A model generated the notes under the pieces. The model was not told where the DNA came from, made no database searches, and was given only the letters and a program-made list of their open reading frames with translations. Below, piece by piece: positions 20,726-30,623 of a stretch of 64,000 nucleotides of DNA. Position 1 is the first letter of the stretch. Each line of letters starts with the position of its first letter. A program made the position numbers and the translations under genes. Source of the stretch: an uncultured Planctomycetaceae bacterium (GTDB lineage: Bacteria; Planctomycetota; Planctomycetia; Planctomycetales; Planctomycetaceae). Location: contig CAWFGE010000008.1 in the NCBI GenBank assembly GCA_963815195.1, positions 1 to 64,000 of the forward strand. The letters are read 5' to 3'.

Positions 20726-23700
20726 TTATTCGCGGGTGATAAATTCATCCAGGTTCAACAAGACGCGCGCCGCGGCGACCCAGGTCGCGGCCTCGGCCGG
20801 CGAAATGTCTTTCGGGCAATCCTTGGGAGCGGCTAGGGCGGCGGCTTGGGGATTCTTCTCAAATTCCGCCCGCTGTTTTTCGATAAAGGGCAGCAGCACG
20901 GCGAGTTCTTTTTCGCTCGGCTCGCGGGTGAAGGCGACGTGAAACGCGTGCCGCAGTCGGCCTTCTTCGTAAGCCGGGGCTTCTTTCAAAATCCGCAAAG
21001 CCAAGGCCTGGGCCATCTCGACGAAGGCATGATCGTTCGCCAGCGTGAGGGCCTGGAGCGGCGTATTGGAACGCGGCCGGCGCGTGCAAGAGGTGGTGGC
21101 GTCGGAGGCATCGAACGTCACCAACATCGGATAAGGACTCGACCGCCAGAAGTACGTGTAAACCGCCCGGCGATAGCGGTCCAGGCCCTTTTCATCCGGC
21201 CAGGGTTTTTTCTGCTGCGTGAGCACATAGATGCCTTCAGGCTGCGGCGGATGCACGCCCGGCCCATGCATTTTGGTCGAGAGCAATCCGCTCGCGGCGA
21301 GCGAGACATCGCGGACGGCCTCGGCCGCGATCCGCATCCGCGTCTGCCGGGCTAAAAGGCGATTCCGCGGATCCCGCTCCGCCAGTTCCGGACGCAATCG
21401 CGACGACTGCCGATAAGTCGCCGAGGTCACGATTAAGCGGTGCAGCGATTTCATGCTCCAGGCATTGGGATTCTTGATCGATCCCTCAGACTGCGGCGTG
21501 CGGCGAAATTCCGAAGCCAGCCAATCCAAGAGTTCCGGATGCGAAGGCGGCGTGCTTTGGGTGCCGAAGTCGTTTTCCGTCTCCACAAAGCCCAGCCCAA
21601 AATACCGCTGCCAGATGCGGTTCACCGTCACGCGGGCCGTGAGCGGATGCGCCGGATCGAGCAGCCACTTCGCGAGTTCGAGCCGATTGGGGATTTCGTT
21701 CTCGGATTCCAAGGCCGGCAAAACGTCGGGCACGTCCGGCGTGACCTGGGCTCCCTTCCGCAAAAAATCCCCGCGGACATGAATGTGCGTCTCGCGCGGC
21801 GTAACGCGTTCCCGCAGGATCATCGTCGTGGGAACCGCCTTGGCGACGTCGTCTCGGTCCCGCTTGAGGCCCGCAACTTTTTCCGCGAGCGGTTTCCGCT
21901 CCGTATCCGTGTCGCGATACGCGGCGAGGAGCTGAGCCTGCTCGGTTTTCGTCCGCTTGGCTCGGGGCTTCTCCAGAATCCGGCGGATGGGAGCGGGGAT
22001 CATCAAAGACTCCGGCATCGCGTGACTCACCGACAACCGAAAATGCCCGAGCGTGTATTTCGAGCCATGATTCTGATGCAGTTGGATCTGGATCGCGGAC
22101 CCCTTTTCGGCGCTGATCGGGGCCGCGGGAAAGAAGATCGCTTCGCGGTCCACGTTGAAATTCCCGCCTTTGAGATTGATCGCCCAGCCGGTCTTTTCCC
22201 GCTTGCCGTCGATGGCATCGGTCACCGGGTAGTTGTCCTGCGAATGGTCCGCGACGGCATGCGCGAGTTTGACGGGAGCGAAAGTTTTCGCGTCGCCAGA
22301 GCCTTGCAGGACCTCAAATTCATTCAGCACAAAATTCCCGTTGCCCCCCCGGCCCGGACCTTTATTAGGGAGACTGATATGGGTGAGGGCTTCCAGGCGG
22401 ATCGCGGTGACTTTTTCCATCGGCAGGTTCGCCGTGATCAAAAACGTATCGCTGTCGGGGCCGCTGAAGTCCACGAAGATCGCCTCGTTCTCCTGCGCCG
22501 CCAACACGGACCCTTTTTCCGTCTCCAGATGCGAGGGCTTGAGCACCGTCCATTCGGGAGCCGACTGAATTTGGCCGGCGAGGTTCTGTTCCCAGGCCTC
22601 GAGGCCTTTGGCGAACTCGGCATCGTGGGCTTGGAGCGGTTTCTCGGCGGCGGCGATGGCCTGGTCGAGTTTCTTGAGCCGCTGGGTTTGATCTCCGGTG
22701 GGAACTTGCAGCGTCGGTTCATCCTGGTTGTTGAAGAACGCGAACAGCTCGTAATATTCCCGCTGGCTGATGGGGTCGAACTTGTGCTGATGGCATTGAG
22801 CGCAGCCCACGGTCAGCCCCATCCACACCGTGCCGGTCGTGTTGACGCGGTCGCCGACGGCTTCGATGCGAAACTGCTCCTGGTCGGTCCCGCCTTCCTG
22901 GTTGATGAGCGTGTTTCGATGAAAACCCGTGGCGATGAGTTGCTCCGGCGTCGGGTTCGGTAGCAAATCGCCCGCGAGTTGCTCGATCGTAAACTGATCG
23001 AAAGGCACATCGCGGTTGAAGGCATCGATCACCCAATCGCGGTACTTCCAGATGCTCCGCGGGCCGTCGATCGTAAACCCGTTCGAGTCCGCATAGCGGG
23101 CCACGTCCAGCCAATGCCGGCCCCAGCGTTCGCCATACTGAGGCGAAGCCAGCATCCGCTCCACGAGCCGTTCGTAAGCATCCGGGTGGGAATCCTGCAC
23201 GAAAGCTTCGGCTTCCTCCCACGTCGGCGGCAGTCCGCGAAGATCAAAGCTCAACCGGCGAATCAGCGTATAACGATCCGCGTCCGGCGAAGGCGTCAAC
23301 CCTTCCTGCTCCAACTTCGCCAGCACAAACCGGTCGATGGGGTTCCTCGCCCAGCCGCTGTTTTGAACCGAAGGCACCGCCGGCCTGACGATCGGTCGAA
23401 ACGCCCAATGGTCCGACTTGCCGTTGGCATTTTTGATGGTTTCCGCTTTGGGAAGCTTGGCTCCTTCTTCGATCCACCGCCGGATCAGAGCGATCTGGTC
23501 TGGGTTGAGCTTGGGCCCCTCAGCGGGCATTTCCGAAACATCGCCTTTGCCCGTGATCGATTGATACAGCAAACTCTCGGCGGATTTGCCCGCGGCGAAC
23601 GCGGCCCCGCGGTCGCCGCCTTGTTTCACAAACCGCGGCGAGTCCAGCCGCAGCCCGGATTCCTGTTTCTCGGAGCCGTGGCAGGTGATGCAGTGCTTTT

Positions 23701-23800
23701 GAAAAATCGGCTGGATGTCGCGCGCAAAATCCACCGGCTCGTCCGCCGAGATTGCGGAAGACATCCCCAACACCAACCCGATGAAAAACACGTTCCGCAT
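20726..23800 (-). CDS. PSD1 / planctomycete cytochrome c protein (DUF1549/DUF1553)
   Basis: CITCHG, YGERWGRHWLD, CAQCHQHKFDP, PSHPELLDWLA, NTPLQAL. Confidence 0.93.
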   Translation of the reverse strand: MRNVFFIGLVLGMSSAISADEPVDFARDIQPIFQKHCITCHGSEKQESGLRLDSPRFVKQGGDRGAAFAAGKSAESLLYQSITGKGDVSEMPAEGPKLNPDQIALIRRWIEEGAKLPKAETIKNANGKSDHWAFRPIVRPAVPSVQNSGWARNPIDRFVLAKLEQEGLTPSPDADRYTLIRRLSFDLRGLPPTWEEAEAFVQDSHPDAYERLVERMLASPQYGERWGRHWLDVARYADSNGFTIDGPRSIWKYRDWVIDAFNRDVPFDQFTIEQLAGDLLPNPTPEQLIATGFHRNTLINQEGGTDQEQFRIEAVGDRVNTTGTVWMGLTVGCAQCHQHKFDPISQREYYELFAFFNNQDEPTLQVPTGDQTQRLKKLDQAIAAAEKPLQAHDAEFAKGLEAWEQNLAGQIQSAPEWTVLKPSHLETEKGSVLAAQENEAIFVDFSGPDSDTFLITANLPMEKVTAIRLEALTHISLPNKGPGRGGNGNFVLNEFEVLQGSGDAKTFAPVKLAHAVADHSQDNYPVTDAIDGKREKTGWAINLKGGNFNVDREAIFFPAAPISAEKGSAIQIQLHQNHGSKYTLGHFRLSVSHAMPESLMIPAPIRRILEKPRAKRTKTEQAQLLAAYRDTDTERKPLAEKVAGLKRDRDDVAKAVPTTMILRERVTPRETHIHVRGDFLRKGAQVTPDVPDVLPALESENEIPNRLELAKWLLDPAHPLTARVTVNRIWQRYFGLGFVETENDFGTQSTPPSHPELLDWLASEFRRTPQSEGSIKNPNAWSMKSLHRLIVTSATYRQSSRLRPELAERDPRNRLLARQTRMRIAAEAVRDVSLAASGLLSTKMHGPGVHPPQPEGIYVLTQQKKPWPDEKGLDRYRRAVYTYFWRSSPYPMLVTFDASDATTSCTRRPRSNTPLQALTLANDHAFVEMAQALALRILKEAPAYEEGRLRHAFHVAFTREPSEKELAVLLPFIEKQRAEFEKNPQAAALAAPKDCPKDISPAEAATWVAAARVLLNLDEFITRE

Positions 23801-23912
23801 AAGCCTGCACCCAAAGAAATCTATACGATCCATGCCCCTTCCAAATTCCAATAATAAACAAAACTCGATGAGATCGACAATCCAAGGGTCGTCCGGCTAT
23901 AGTCTGAAAAAA

Positions 23913-23993
23913 GTGAGCGGTAGGCGCTAGCCTCCGGTTTTCGAGAAAACGATGGTCACAACAAAGACCGGCGGCTACCGCCTTGCCGCTCAC
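23913..23993. repeat. REP-like palindrome, family B (single copy)
   Basis: gtgagcggtaggcgctagcctccggt...accggcggctaccgccttgccgctcac, homologous to 10683-10763. Confidence 0.8.
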
Positions 23994-24024
23994 GTTCTGA
24001 AACATTTTTTTCAAACGGAACTTC

Positions 24025-24627
24025 ATGAGCGAGCCACTCCCCCAACTGGAAGGGCGGTTTTCGACGATCCTGGCCGATCCGCCTTGGCGGTTTCAAAACC
24101 GGACCGGCAAGGTTGCCCCCGAGCACCGCCGGCTCAGCCGATATCGCACGATGACGGTGGAGGAAATCTGCCATCTGCCAGTGTCGGCTCATGCCGAGAC
24201 TCCCGCCCACCTGTATTTGTGGGTCCCCAACGCCCTCCTGCCGGCGGGTTTGGAAGTGATGCAGGCTTGGGGCTTCACCTACAAGACGAACCTGGTGTGG
24301 TACAAAGTCCGCAAAGACGGCGGGCCGGACGGGCGGGGCGTCGGGTTTTATTTTCGGAACGTCACCGAACTCTTGCTCTTCGGCGTTCGCGGGCGAATGC
24401 GAACGCTCGACCCCGGCCGCCGACAGGTCAATCTGCTCTCCACCCGCAAACGGGAGCATTCCCGCAAGCCGCGGGAGATTTATTCCTTGATCGAAGATTG
24501 CAGCCCCGGCCCGTACCTGGAACTCTTCGCCCGAGAACGGGCCCAAGGCTGGACGTGCTGGGGCGATGAAGTGGAAACGTACCTCGACACCTGCCAGGTG
24601 GCCGCGGGTTATCGCGGCTCGGAGTAA
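24025..24627 (+). CDS. MT-A70 family adenine methyltransferase
   Basis: ILADPPW catalytic motif, LYLWV, WGFTYKT, EHSRKP, YLELFAR. Confidence 0.92.
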   Translation: MSEPLPQLEGRFSTILADPPWRFQNRTGKVAPEHRRLSRYRTMTVEEICHLPVSAHAETPAHLYLWVPNALLPAGLEVMQAWGFTYKTNLVWYKVRKDGGPDGRGVGFYFRNVTELLLFGVRGRMRTLDPGRRQVNLLSTRKREHSRKPREIYSLIEDCSPGPYLELFARERAQGWTCWGDEVETYLDTCQVAAGYRGSE

Positions 24628-24777
24628 AGAAGTCGGTTCGGAAGGTGGTGAAAAGGTTCTATTTCAGGCATGATAAAGACATATCTCAACGGCCGGGATC
24701 TCCGGCCCGGCACGTCAAAGGTCGCCGCGGGGCGATTTATCTAACTTTCCATTCTCATCGAATAAAGGTCACACGGA

Positions 24778-25011
24778 ATGTGCCCCATGGATCCTGCCTT
24801 CATGAGTCCGCCGCCGAAAGACTGGACGCCTCAACCGGGCGAGCGGGTTCGCCTGCTCTTTGGCGGAGAAATCCATGAGGTGGTGATTACGCAGTTGCTG
24901 GACGGGCCGGGTGGATCGGGATATGTTGTTGCCGGGGACGAGTTGCTGCTGCCCGTGGCGTGCGGCCGCGAGGCGATCCGGCCCCTCTCCAACGGCCGGA
25001 AGACGGAGTAG
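24778..25011 (+). CDS. Small hypothetical protein
   Basis: 77-aa ORF with plausible composition; no motif recognised. Confidence 0.4.
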   Translation: MCPMDPAFMSPPPKDWTPQPGERVRLLFGGEIHEVVITQLLDGPGGSGYVVAGDELLLPVACGREAIRPLSNGRKTE

Positions 25012-25235
25012 CCGGGTGCCGATTTTATGGATCGGAACGGTTTTAGCACACGGATTTCGCCGCGAAGCCGGGAAAGATCCGTTGAACGAATGCGGGTCTT
25101 AGCCTAAACTATTGGCATCTAAGATGTTTTGTGCATCGCCCGCGACCGGGAGTCAAAACTTTCGAGAAAATCTAAACACAGACCGGCCCCGTGTCGTAAT
25201 AAGGGAATAAGCAAAACATTGCTTCCACCAATCCC

Positions 25236-25590
25236 GGGGGCGATTGGATTCGACTGGTTCACGGAGATTGAGGTGGCGTGTCGTGGTTGATCAGCCGGCC
25301 ACGTAAAAAGCTGATCAAAAATCATTTGCCGAAAAGCAATATGCACTAGTTGCGTAGAAATACGCAGCTCCCGGTCGCGGAATCCCCGCCTGAGGAGTCC
25401 AAAAACCGGCCGCAAAATCAGGCTGGCCCGGGGTCAAGAACCGCTACGCCCCAGGTAAGACTCGTGGTGGTTATGTCGCCGGCTGGCCTTGTTTGTTGAG
25501 CCGAAGGCGACGAGATCAATCGACAAACTACACACGTAGAAGCCAAAATCAAAGGTTCACAGGACGCGGGTTCAATTCCCGCCGCCTCCA
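25236..25590 (+). ncRNA. ssrA: tmRNA; tag (A)AEKQYALVA at 25328-25357
   Basis: 5' GGGGGCGATTGGATTCGAC; T-arm GCGGGTTCAATTCCCGC; acceptor GGGGGCG/CGCCTCC with G3:U pair; tag ends YALVA-stop. Confidence 0.95.
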
Positions 25591-25594
25591 CTCC

Positions 25595-25634
25595 AATAGC
25601 CACTTGCGTTTTCGGACGCAAGTGGCTATTTTTT
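25595..25634 (+). terminator. Intrinsic terminator after ssrA
   Basis: 15-bp perfect stem aatagccacttgcgt / acgcaagtggctatt followed by a T tract. Confidence 0.85.
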
Positions 25635-25825
25635 GGCACTTCTGAATCGAATCTTGCCACAGAAAGCGACCGAAAACCGGGCCGATTTCGTCGGTTGTCC
25701 CATAAAGCCGAGCGTTTTTGTCCCATAGAACAGCCTGGATTGTCCCATTGCGCCATGGAATGGCCCTTTTATGGGACACGGCTTCCAACTCGCATTTTGT
25801 GGCGCATCCAAGGATGGTGAGTGCC

Positions 25826-27643
25826 ATGTCAACACGAAGCAAGTCTCGACGGACGCCTCTGAGCCAAGACAAGGCGACGGGGCGGTATTGCGCCAAGCTG
25901 GGAAGAAAGGTCACGAAGAACGGGAAGGTGGACGGCCACAAGTTCCGCTTTACAACCAGCGAGCGTGAATCGGAACGTCGCAAACAGCGAATTCAGGAAC
26001 TTTGGGATTACGCCGTAGAGAAACTCGGCGACTCCGAGTGGAACGAGCTTACCCTGCATATCGCCAAAGCGTTCGAGCGAGGCGAGGCAAGCGTTCGAGT
26101 TCCGATGAACATGATTACATGCTCATCGGAAGAGCCCCATTTGGCCCATCGGTTCGACTACGTGACGACCCTTGAGAAGTGGCGCAACATTTTTCCCTTC
26201 GTCCATTTCGTGCCCGAAGACGAGGAAGCCTACGAATTGGGTTCGCAGGAAGTCACATCCATTTCGGAGGGCCTCATGGAAGAGGTGCGATTCTTCGCCC
26301 AAGCCTCGAATGGACATGATCCCACCGAAGCGACGGTTGGAGAGGCGTTGGACGCCTATGAGAACGAGCACATCCGAGTCCGAATGCTGGTTGATCCCGA
26401 TCCAGAAGAAGGTCTCGCTGAGAAGCGTCTGAGCGACACTGCCCAGAAATACCTTGCGGCACTTGAGCGAATTCGGTGCTTCAACGGCCATCAACTGAAC
26501 TGGCCGCTATCGAAGCTGACCTACGACGGCTGCGATGCCATGATCGAGGTCTGGACGCAGAGACCGACTCGAAAGGACGGCACGGGACCGCTCGCTGTCA
26601 AGACGTGTCGTGAACACGACAAGCGAATCAAGGAGTTCATGCGCTGGCTCTCGAAGTCAGACCGTTTCGACTGGAAGAAGCCGATCGACTTCGACGAGTT
26701 GAAGTTGGCGATTCGAAAGTCGAACAAGGACAAGTCGGCACCTGTAACGGTACAGTCCCAGCAGGTCCGCACCTACACGGTCGAACAACTCAAGACGCTC
26801 AATGAGTTCGCCACTCCATTCGAGCGGTTCTTGTTGCTCTGCGGCTTGAACCTTGGTTTCAAGCGAATGGAATGCGCCACGCTGCGAGTGGGCGAGATTA
26901 CGCTGCGTCAGAAGCACCCTTATTCGCAGTACATTGCATTCGACTTCACCGAGAACGACTCGTTTGTGCGGCGAATCAGGACGAAAACCGAGGTGTATGG
27001 AGAATGGTTGCTTTGGCCCCTGACCGTTCAAGGCATGGAGTGGGTGCTTGATCGACGACGCAAGCAAACGCACATCCAACGAACCGATGGAACAACGCTG
27101 GGTATTCCATACCGTTCCACGTCCATCGCACTACTCAACGATGCTGGGCACTCCTTCACCAGGCCGACGAAGAGCGGGAATCCAAATCATCAACTGACCA
27201 ACATGTGGAACCGGCTTCTCGACCGGGTAGAGACTGCCGAGCCCAAGTTTCCACGGCTACCGCATGAGGCATTACGTGACACGGCTTCGAATTGGATACG
27301 TGAAGAGTTTTTGGGCGAGATCTCGGAGATCTTTCTTGGGCATGGATCTCCGTTGGGCAGCAAGAGCCTGATCGAATGCTACACGAACAAGCCGTTCGGA
27401 AACGTCTTCAGGGCTCTACAATGGCTACAAGAAAAGCTCAAACCGGTTTTCGACGCCACTCCTGACGATCCATTTCCGGTGGAGCGAAAGTTGGGAGGCG
27501 GTGGCCTCAACATTCGACAGATCAAACTAATCCGCCGCCTTTCCAAGGAAGGACTGCCGGTCGCCGAGATCGCCAAGAAAGTTGGGTGCTCCACAATGAG
27601 CGTTTATCGCCATCGTGAACACGAAACAGGGCAACCTAATTGA
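25826..27643 (+). CDS. Tyrosine recombinase/integrase-like protein with C-terminal HTH
   Basis: LGFKRMECATL (R), HEALRDT, LGH and downstream Y (ECYT); C-terminal GLPVAEIAKKVGCSTMSVYRH. Confidence 0.75.
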   Translation: MSTRSKSRRTPLSQDKATGRYCAKLGRKVTKNGKVDGHKFRFTTSERESERRKQRIQELWDYAVEKLGDSEWNELTLHIAKAFERGEASVRVPMNMITCSSEEPHLAHRFDYVTTLEKWRNIFPFVHFVPEDEEAYELGSQEVTSISEGLMEEVRFFAQASNGHDPTEATVGEALDAYENEHIRVRMLVDPDPEEGLAEKRLSDTAQKYLAALERIRCFNGHQLNWPLSKLTYDGCDAMIEVWTQRPTRKDGTGPLAVKTCREHDKRIKEFMRWLSKSDRFDWKKPIDFDELKLAIRKSNKDKSAPVTVQSQQVRTYTVEQLKTLNEFATPFERFLLLCGLNLGFKRMECATLRVGEITLRQKHPYSQYIAFDFTENDSFVRRIRTKTEVYGEWLLWPLTVQGMEWVLDRRRKQTHIQRTDGTTLGIPYRSTSIALLNDAGHSFTRPTKSGNPNHQLTNMWNRLLDRVETAEPKFPRLPHEALRDTASNWIREEFLGEISEIFLGHGSPLGSKSLIECYTNKPFGNVFRALQWLQEKLKPVFDATPDDPFPVERKLGGGGLNIRQIKLIRRLSKEGLPVAEIAKKVGCSTMSVYRHREHETGQPN

Positions 27644-27682
27644 ACTTCATTGCTCGATGGATAAGAGCCGACAGACCAATAT

Positions 27683-27712
27683 AGTTCTCCCCGCCGGGCG
27701 GCGGGGAGAACT
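27683..27712. terminator. GC-rich hairpin between convergent genes
   Basis: agttctccccgccg / cggcggggagaact. Confidence 0.6.
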
Positions 27713-27747
27713 TTGTCTGCCTGAGGAATCCCAAAATTGTTTCATGC

Positions 27748-27966
27748 TCACCTTTCCCGCCCCTCCAGGATTTCGCAGCCGGGGTAACGATGCATCAGCT
27801 TGGCAACAGCGGCGAACTGGTCCCTCGCCTCGATCAGGATGTTGCCAACGATCCCGCCGCTCTTCGTCTTGACCTTGAAGACGAACATCTTGTTGGCGGC
27901 GAGCGCAGTGGCATCGAAGCCGCATGCGACGAGCAGACCGAAGGCAAGAAATTGACGGCGTAACAT
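27748..27966 (-). CDS. Small putative exported protein
   Basis: MLRRQFL twin-arginine-like signal, hydrophobic core, ALA cleavage site, ~50-aa mature part. Confidence 0.55.
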   Translation of the reverse strand: MLRRQFLAFGLLVACGFDATALAANKMFVFKVKTKSGGIVGNILIEARDQFAAVAKLMHRYPGCEILEGRER

Positions 27967-28329
27967 GGCGGCACCTTGGGCGACGGAACAGTTCAACCGA
28001 GGTCATTCTTTGCCAGTTCTAACGACGAGGTCCAGCCTACTTCCGCCTGGTCGGCGATTCGCCCAACCTGGTCAGCAGCGGACAGAGCATGCGGAGGCCT
28101 GCCGGTCTGCCCCGTCGATCAATTGATCGGCCAGCTTCTTCGCTTGATCATATGGTCTCAATGAAATGAGGAATCGGGCGGCCTATTCGATTTACAAATC
28201 CATCTGGAGATCGGCGTGCAATTGGGACCCACTTCGGGGGCAGGATCGGCGCGGAAAATGGACCCACCGTAGAAAACTTCGCATGCTACAGGATTGGAGG
28301 AGTCTGGTCCTGTTTCAGCGGAGGAGAGG

Positions 28330-30333
28330 ATGCTCACGGTGGACGATTATGCACGGATTCGTCGGGCTTATCGCGATGGCATGAGCCTCAGGGAAATTGA
28401 GAGAACATTTCATCACTCGCGAAAAAAGATTCGTGAGGTCTTGCGAGGCGCGGGCGAGCCGACGCCTTACCCAAAACGGCGGCAGCAAGCGGCTCCCCAA
28501 TTGGGACGGTTTCACGATCGCATCCTGGAGATTCTCAAAGAGGATGAATCCGCGCCGCCCAAGCAGCGGCATACGCGGATGCGGATCTTCGAGCGGATCC
28601 GGGACGAAGACGGATACACGGGCGGCTATGATGCCGTGCGGCGGTTCGTGAACCGGCATCGGAAAAACCATGCTGAGACGTTCATCCCGTTGGATCATCG
28701 GCCCGGCCAGCGAATCGAAGCCGACTTTGGCGAGATTTCGGTGGACTTCCCCGACGGCCGCCGGAAGGTCAACGTGCTGATCCTGGTCTGGTCGTACTCC
28801 AACCTTCCGTTCGCGGTGGCGCTGCCGACGCAGCGAACCGAAGCGATCTTGGAGGGCATGACGCAGGCGTTTGATTTTTTCGGTTGTGTGCCGGAAGAAG
28901 TCTGGTGGGACAATCCGACGACCGTGGCCACCGAGTTATTGACCGGGCGTTCGCGGAAGATCAATCCGCGTTATCAAGCGCTCGCCAGTCATTACGTGTT
29001 CGAGCCGCTGTTCTGCATGCCTGCGCGGGGCAATGAAAAGCCGGTGGTGGAAAATCGCGTGAAGACGTTGGAGCGGAAATGGTCCACGCCGGTGCCTCGG
29101 GTGAAGGATATGGAAGAGTTCAATGCTTATCTTCGCGAGTGCTGTTTGAAGGAACACGATCGCTGCAGCAGCGGCCAGACGCAAACGATTGGGGAGCGCT
29201 TTGCGGAGGAAAAACAGCGATCCGCTCCGCTTCCGGGGCCGCGGTTTGATCCCTGCATCCGGCAATCGGCGAAGGTCAACAAGTATCAGTTCGCGCGGTT
29301 CGACAACGTGAACTACAGCGTGCCTCGCCACGCCGCGTTTCAAACGGTGACGGTCAAAGGCTATGTGGATCGCGTCGAGATTGTGTTGAACGAAACCGTC
29401 ATCGCCGTCCATAAACGGAGCTATCAGGCGGGCGAGGATGTGCTGGATCCTTTGCACTATTTGACCACATTAACGCGTCGCCCGGCGGCTTTGGATCATG
29501 CGAACGTGTATCGCGATTGGAAGCTGCCCGCCGTGTTCGGCGAACTCCGCGAGCGTTTGGAAAGGCGGCACGGTCCCCACGCGGGCGTGCGGCAATTCGT
29601 GCGGGTGCTGCAGTTGCTGGCCGAGCATCCGCTCTCGCGCGTGCAGGCGGCGATCGAGCAACTTCGCGGCCCCGAAGGAGCCGATGCCGATCGCATCATT
29701 CGCCGCGTGGAAGCCTCCGCCCTCCGCCTGTCGGAAACATCGTCCGAGGGCATTTCCACTCCGATCGAGTGCGAACACCCCGGCGTGTTGTCGGTTCAAG
29801 TTCCCTGTCCGAGCTTGAGCCATTTTGACCAGTTCCTGTCCTCCTTCCAAGGAGATTCCGATTATGTCCCCGAACCCGAAACACGATGCCAACCAGATGC
29901 TCCTCAAGGCCAACCTCAAGCAACTCCGGCTGCCGACAATCCTGGCCGAGTACGAGAAGTTGGCCCGCGAAGCGAGTGCCTCGAACCAGACCTTCGAGCA
30001 GTACCTGCTCCGGTTGACCGAACTGGAGGTCGCGGCCCGGCAGACCAATGCCTTGAACAGCCGGATCCGCAATGCGAACTTTCCGGTGGAGAAGGGACTG
30101 GAGGATTACGACTTCCAAGCGGTGCCCGGCCTCCACAAACAAACGATTTTGGAGTTGGCCCGCGGGGAGTGGATTGCCCAGCATTTCAATGTGTGTTTTC
30201 TCGGCCAACCGGGGACGGGAAAGGTCCGACCATCACAAGACACCTCTGGTCACTCAGTTATCGCGCGGTGAGATCACCGTCATCGATCCGGCCCATCCGC
30301 TTTATGGCCGAACATTTGATTTGTTCGGCTTAG
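28330..30333 (+). CDS. istA: IS21 transposase IstA; homologous part ends ~29870, frame reads on to 30333
   Basis: N-terminal HTH, EADFG, WWDN, GNEKPVVE (DDE), FDNVNYSVP. Confidence 0.9.
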   Translation: MLTVDDYARIRRAYRDGMSLREIERTFHHSRKKIREVLRGAGEPTPYPKRRQQAAPQLGRFHDRILEILKEDESAPPKQRHTRMRIFERIRDEDGYTGGYDAVRRFVNRHRKNHAETFIPLDHRPGQRIEADFGEISVDFPDGRRKVNVLILVWSYSNLPFAVALPTQRTEAILEGMTQAFDFFGCVPEEVWWDNPTTVATELLTGRSRKINPRYQALASHYVFEPLFCMPARGNEKPVVENRVKTLERKWSTPVPRVKDMEEFNAYLRECCLKEHDRCSSGQTQTIGERFAEEKQRSAPLPGPRFDPCIRQSAKVNKYQFARFDNVNYSVPRHAAFQTVTVKGYVDRVEIVLNETVIAVHKRSYQAGEDVLDPLHYLTTLTRRPAALDHANVYRDWKLPAVFGELRERLERRHGPHAGVRQFVRVLQLLAEHPLSRVQAAIEQLRGPEGADADRIIRRVEASALRLSETSSEGISTPIECEHPGVLSVQVPCPSLSHFDQFLSSFQGDSDYVPEPETRCQPDAPQGQPQATPAADNPGRVREVGPRSECLEPDLRAVPAPVDRTGGRGPADQCLEQPDPQCELSGGEGTGGLRLPSGARPPQTNDFGVGPRGVDCPAFQCVFSRPTGDGKGPTITRHLWSLSYRAVRSPSSIRPIRFMAEHLICSA

Positions 30334-30623
30334 CCCGCCTGCCAGGTTATCGTCAGTATTATCAAGTCGAGATTTTTCCTGACGAGATGACCTACATCGA
30401 CGTCAGCAGCACGAACCTTTCCACCGCTCCTCCCCAAAAAACTTCCTGTCTGACCCTGGACGCGCTCCAGGATTTGGTGACTACCTTTCGGGATATTCTT
30501 TCTCGGAGGGAAGCCGATGTCACCCATTGCCACGGACCAGGTGTGGAACCGTCTGACTCTTCCAGAGCAGCAGCGGATCATCCAGCAAATCGTCGTCATT
30601 CTAACGGAGGAACTGGAGCATGA
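30240..30623 (+). CDS. Small accessory protein of the recombinase element (DUF5372/Y4bD-like); start uncertain
   Basis: ITVIDPAHPLYGRTF motif; stop overlaps the recombinase ATG (ATGA 30620-30623). Confidence 0.5.
   Translation, partial: TPLVTQLSRGEITVIDPAHPLYGRTFDLFGLARLPGYRQYYQVEIFPDEMTYIDVSSTNLSTAPPQKTSCLTLDALQDLVTTFRDILSRREADVTHCHGPGVEPSDSSRAAADHPANRRHSNGGTGA

Noticed and set aside
6406..22963. Long antisense ORFs (e.g. 6406-7971, 13959-15545, 16959-18500, 21440-22963)
   Set aside because: Shadows of well-supported genes on the opposite strand in high-GC DNA; no motifs.
16860..23800. DUF1501/PSD1 cluster as a novel system
   Set aside because: Highly paralogous, routine gene pairs in Planctomycetes.
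29870..30333. Genuine 679-aa IstA or IstA-IstB fusion
   Set aside because: The extension is the alternative frame over istB and the inserted element; it looks non-protein-like and I saw no clear slippery site.
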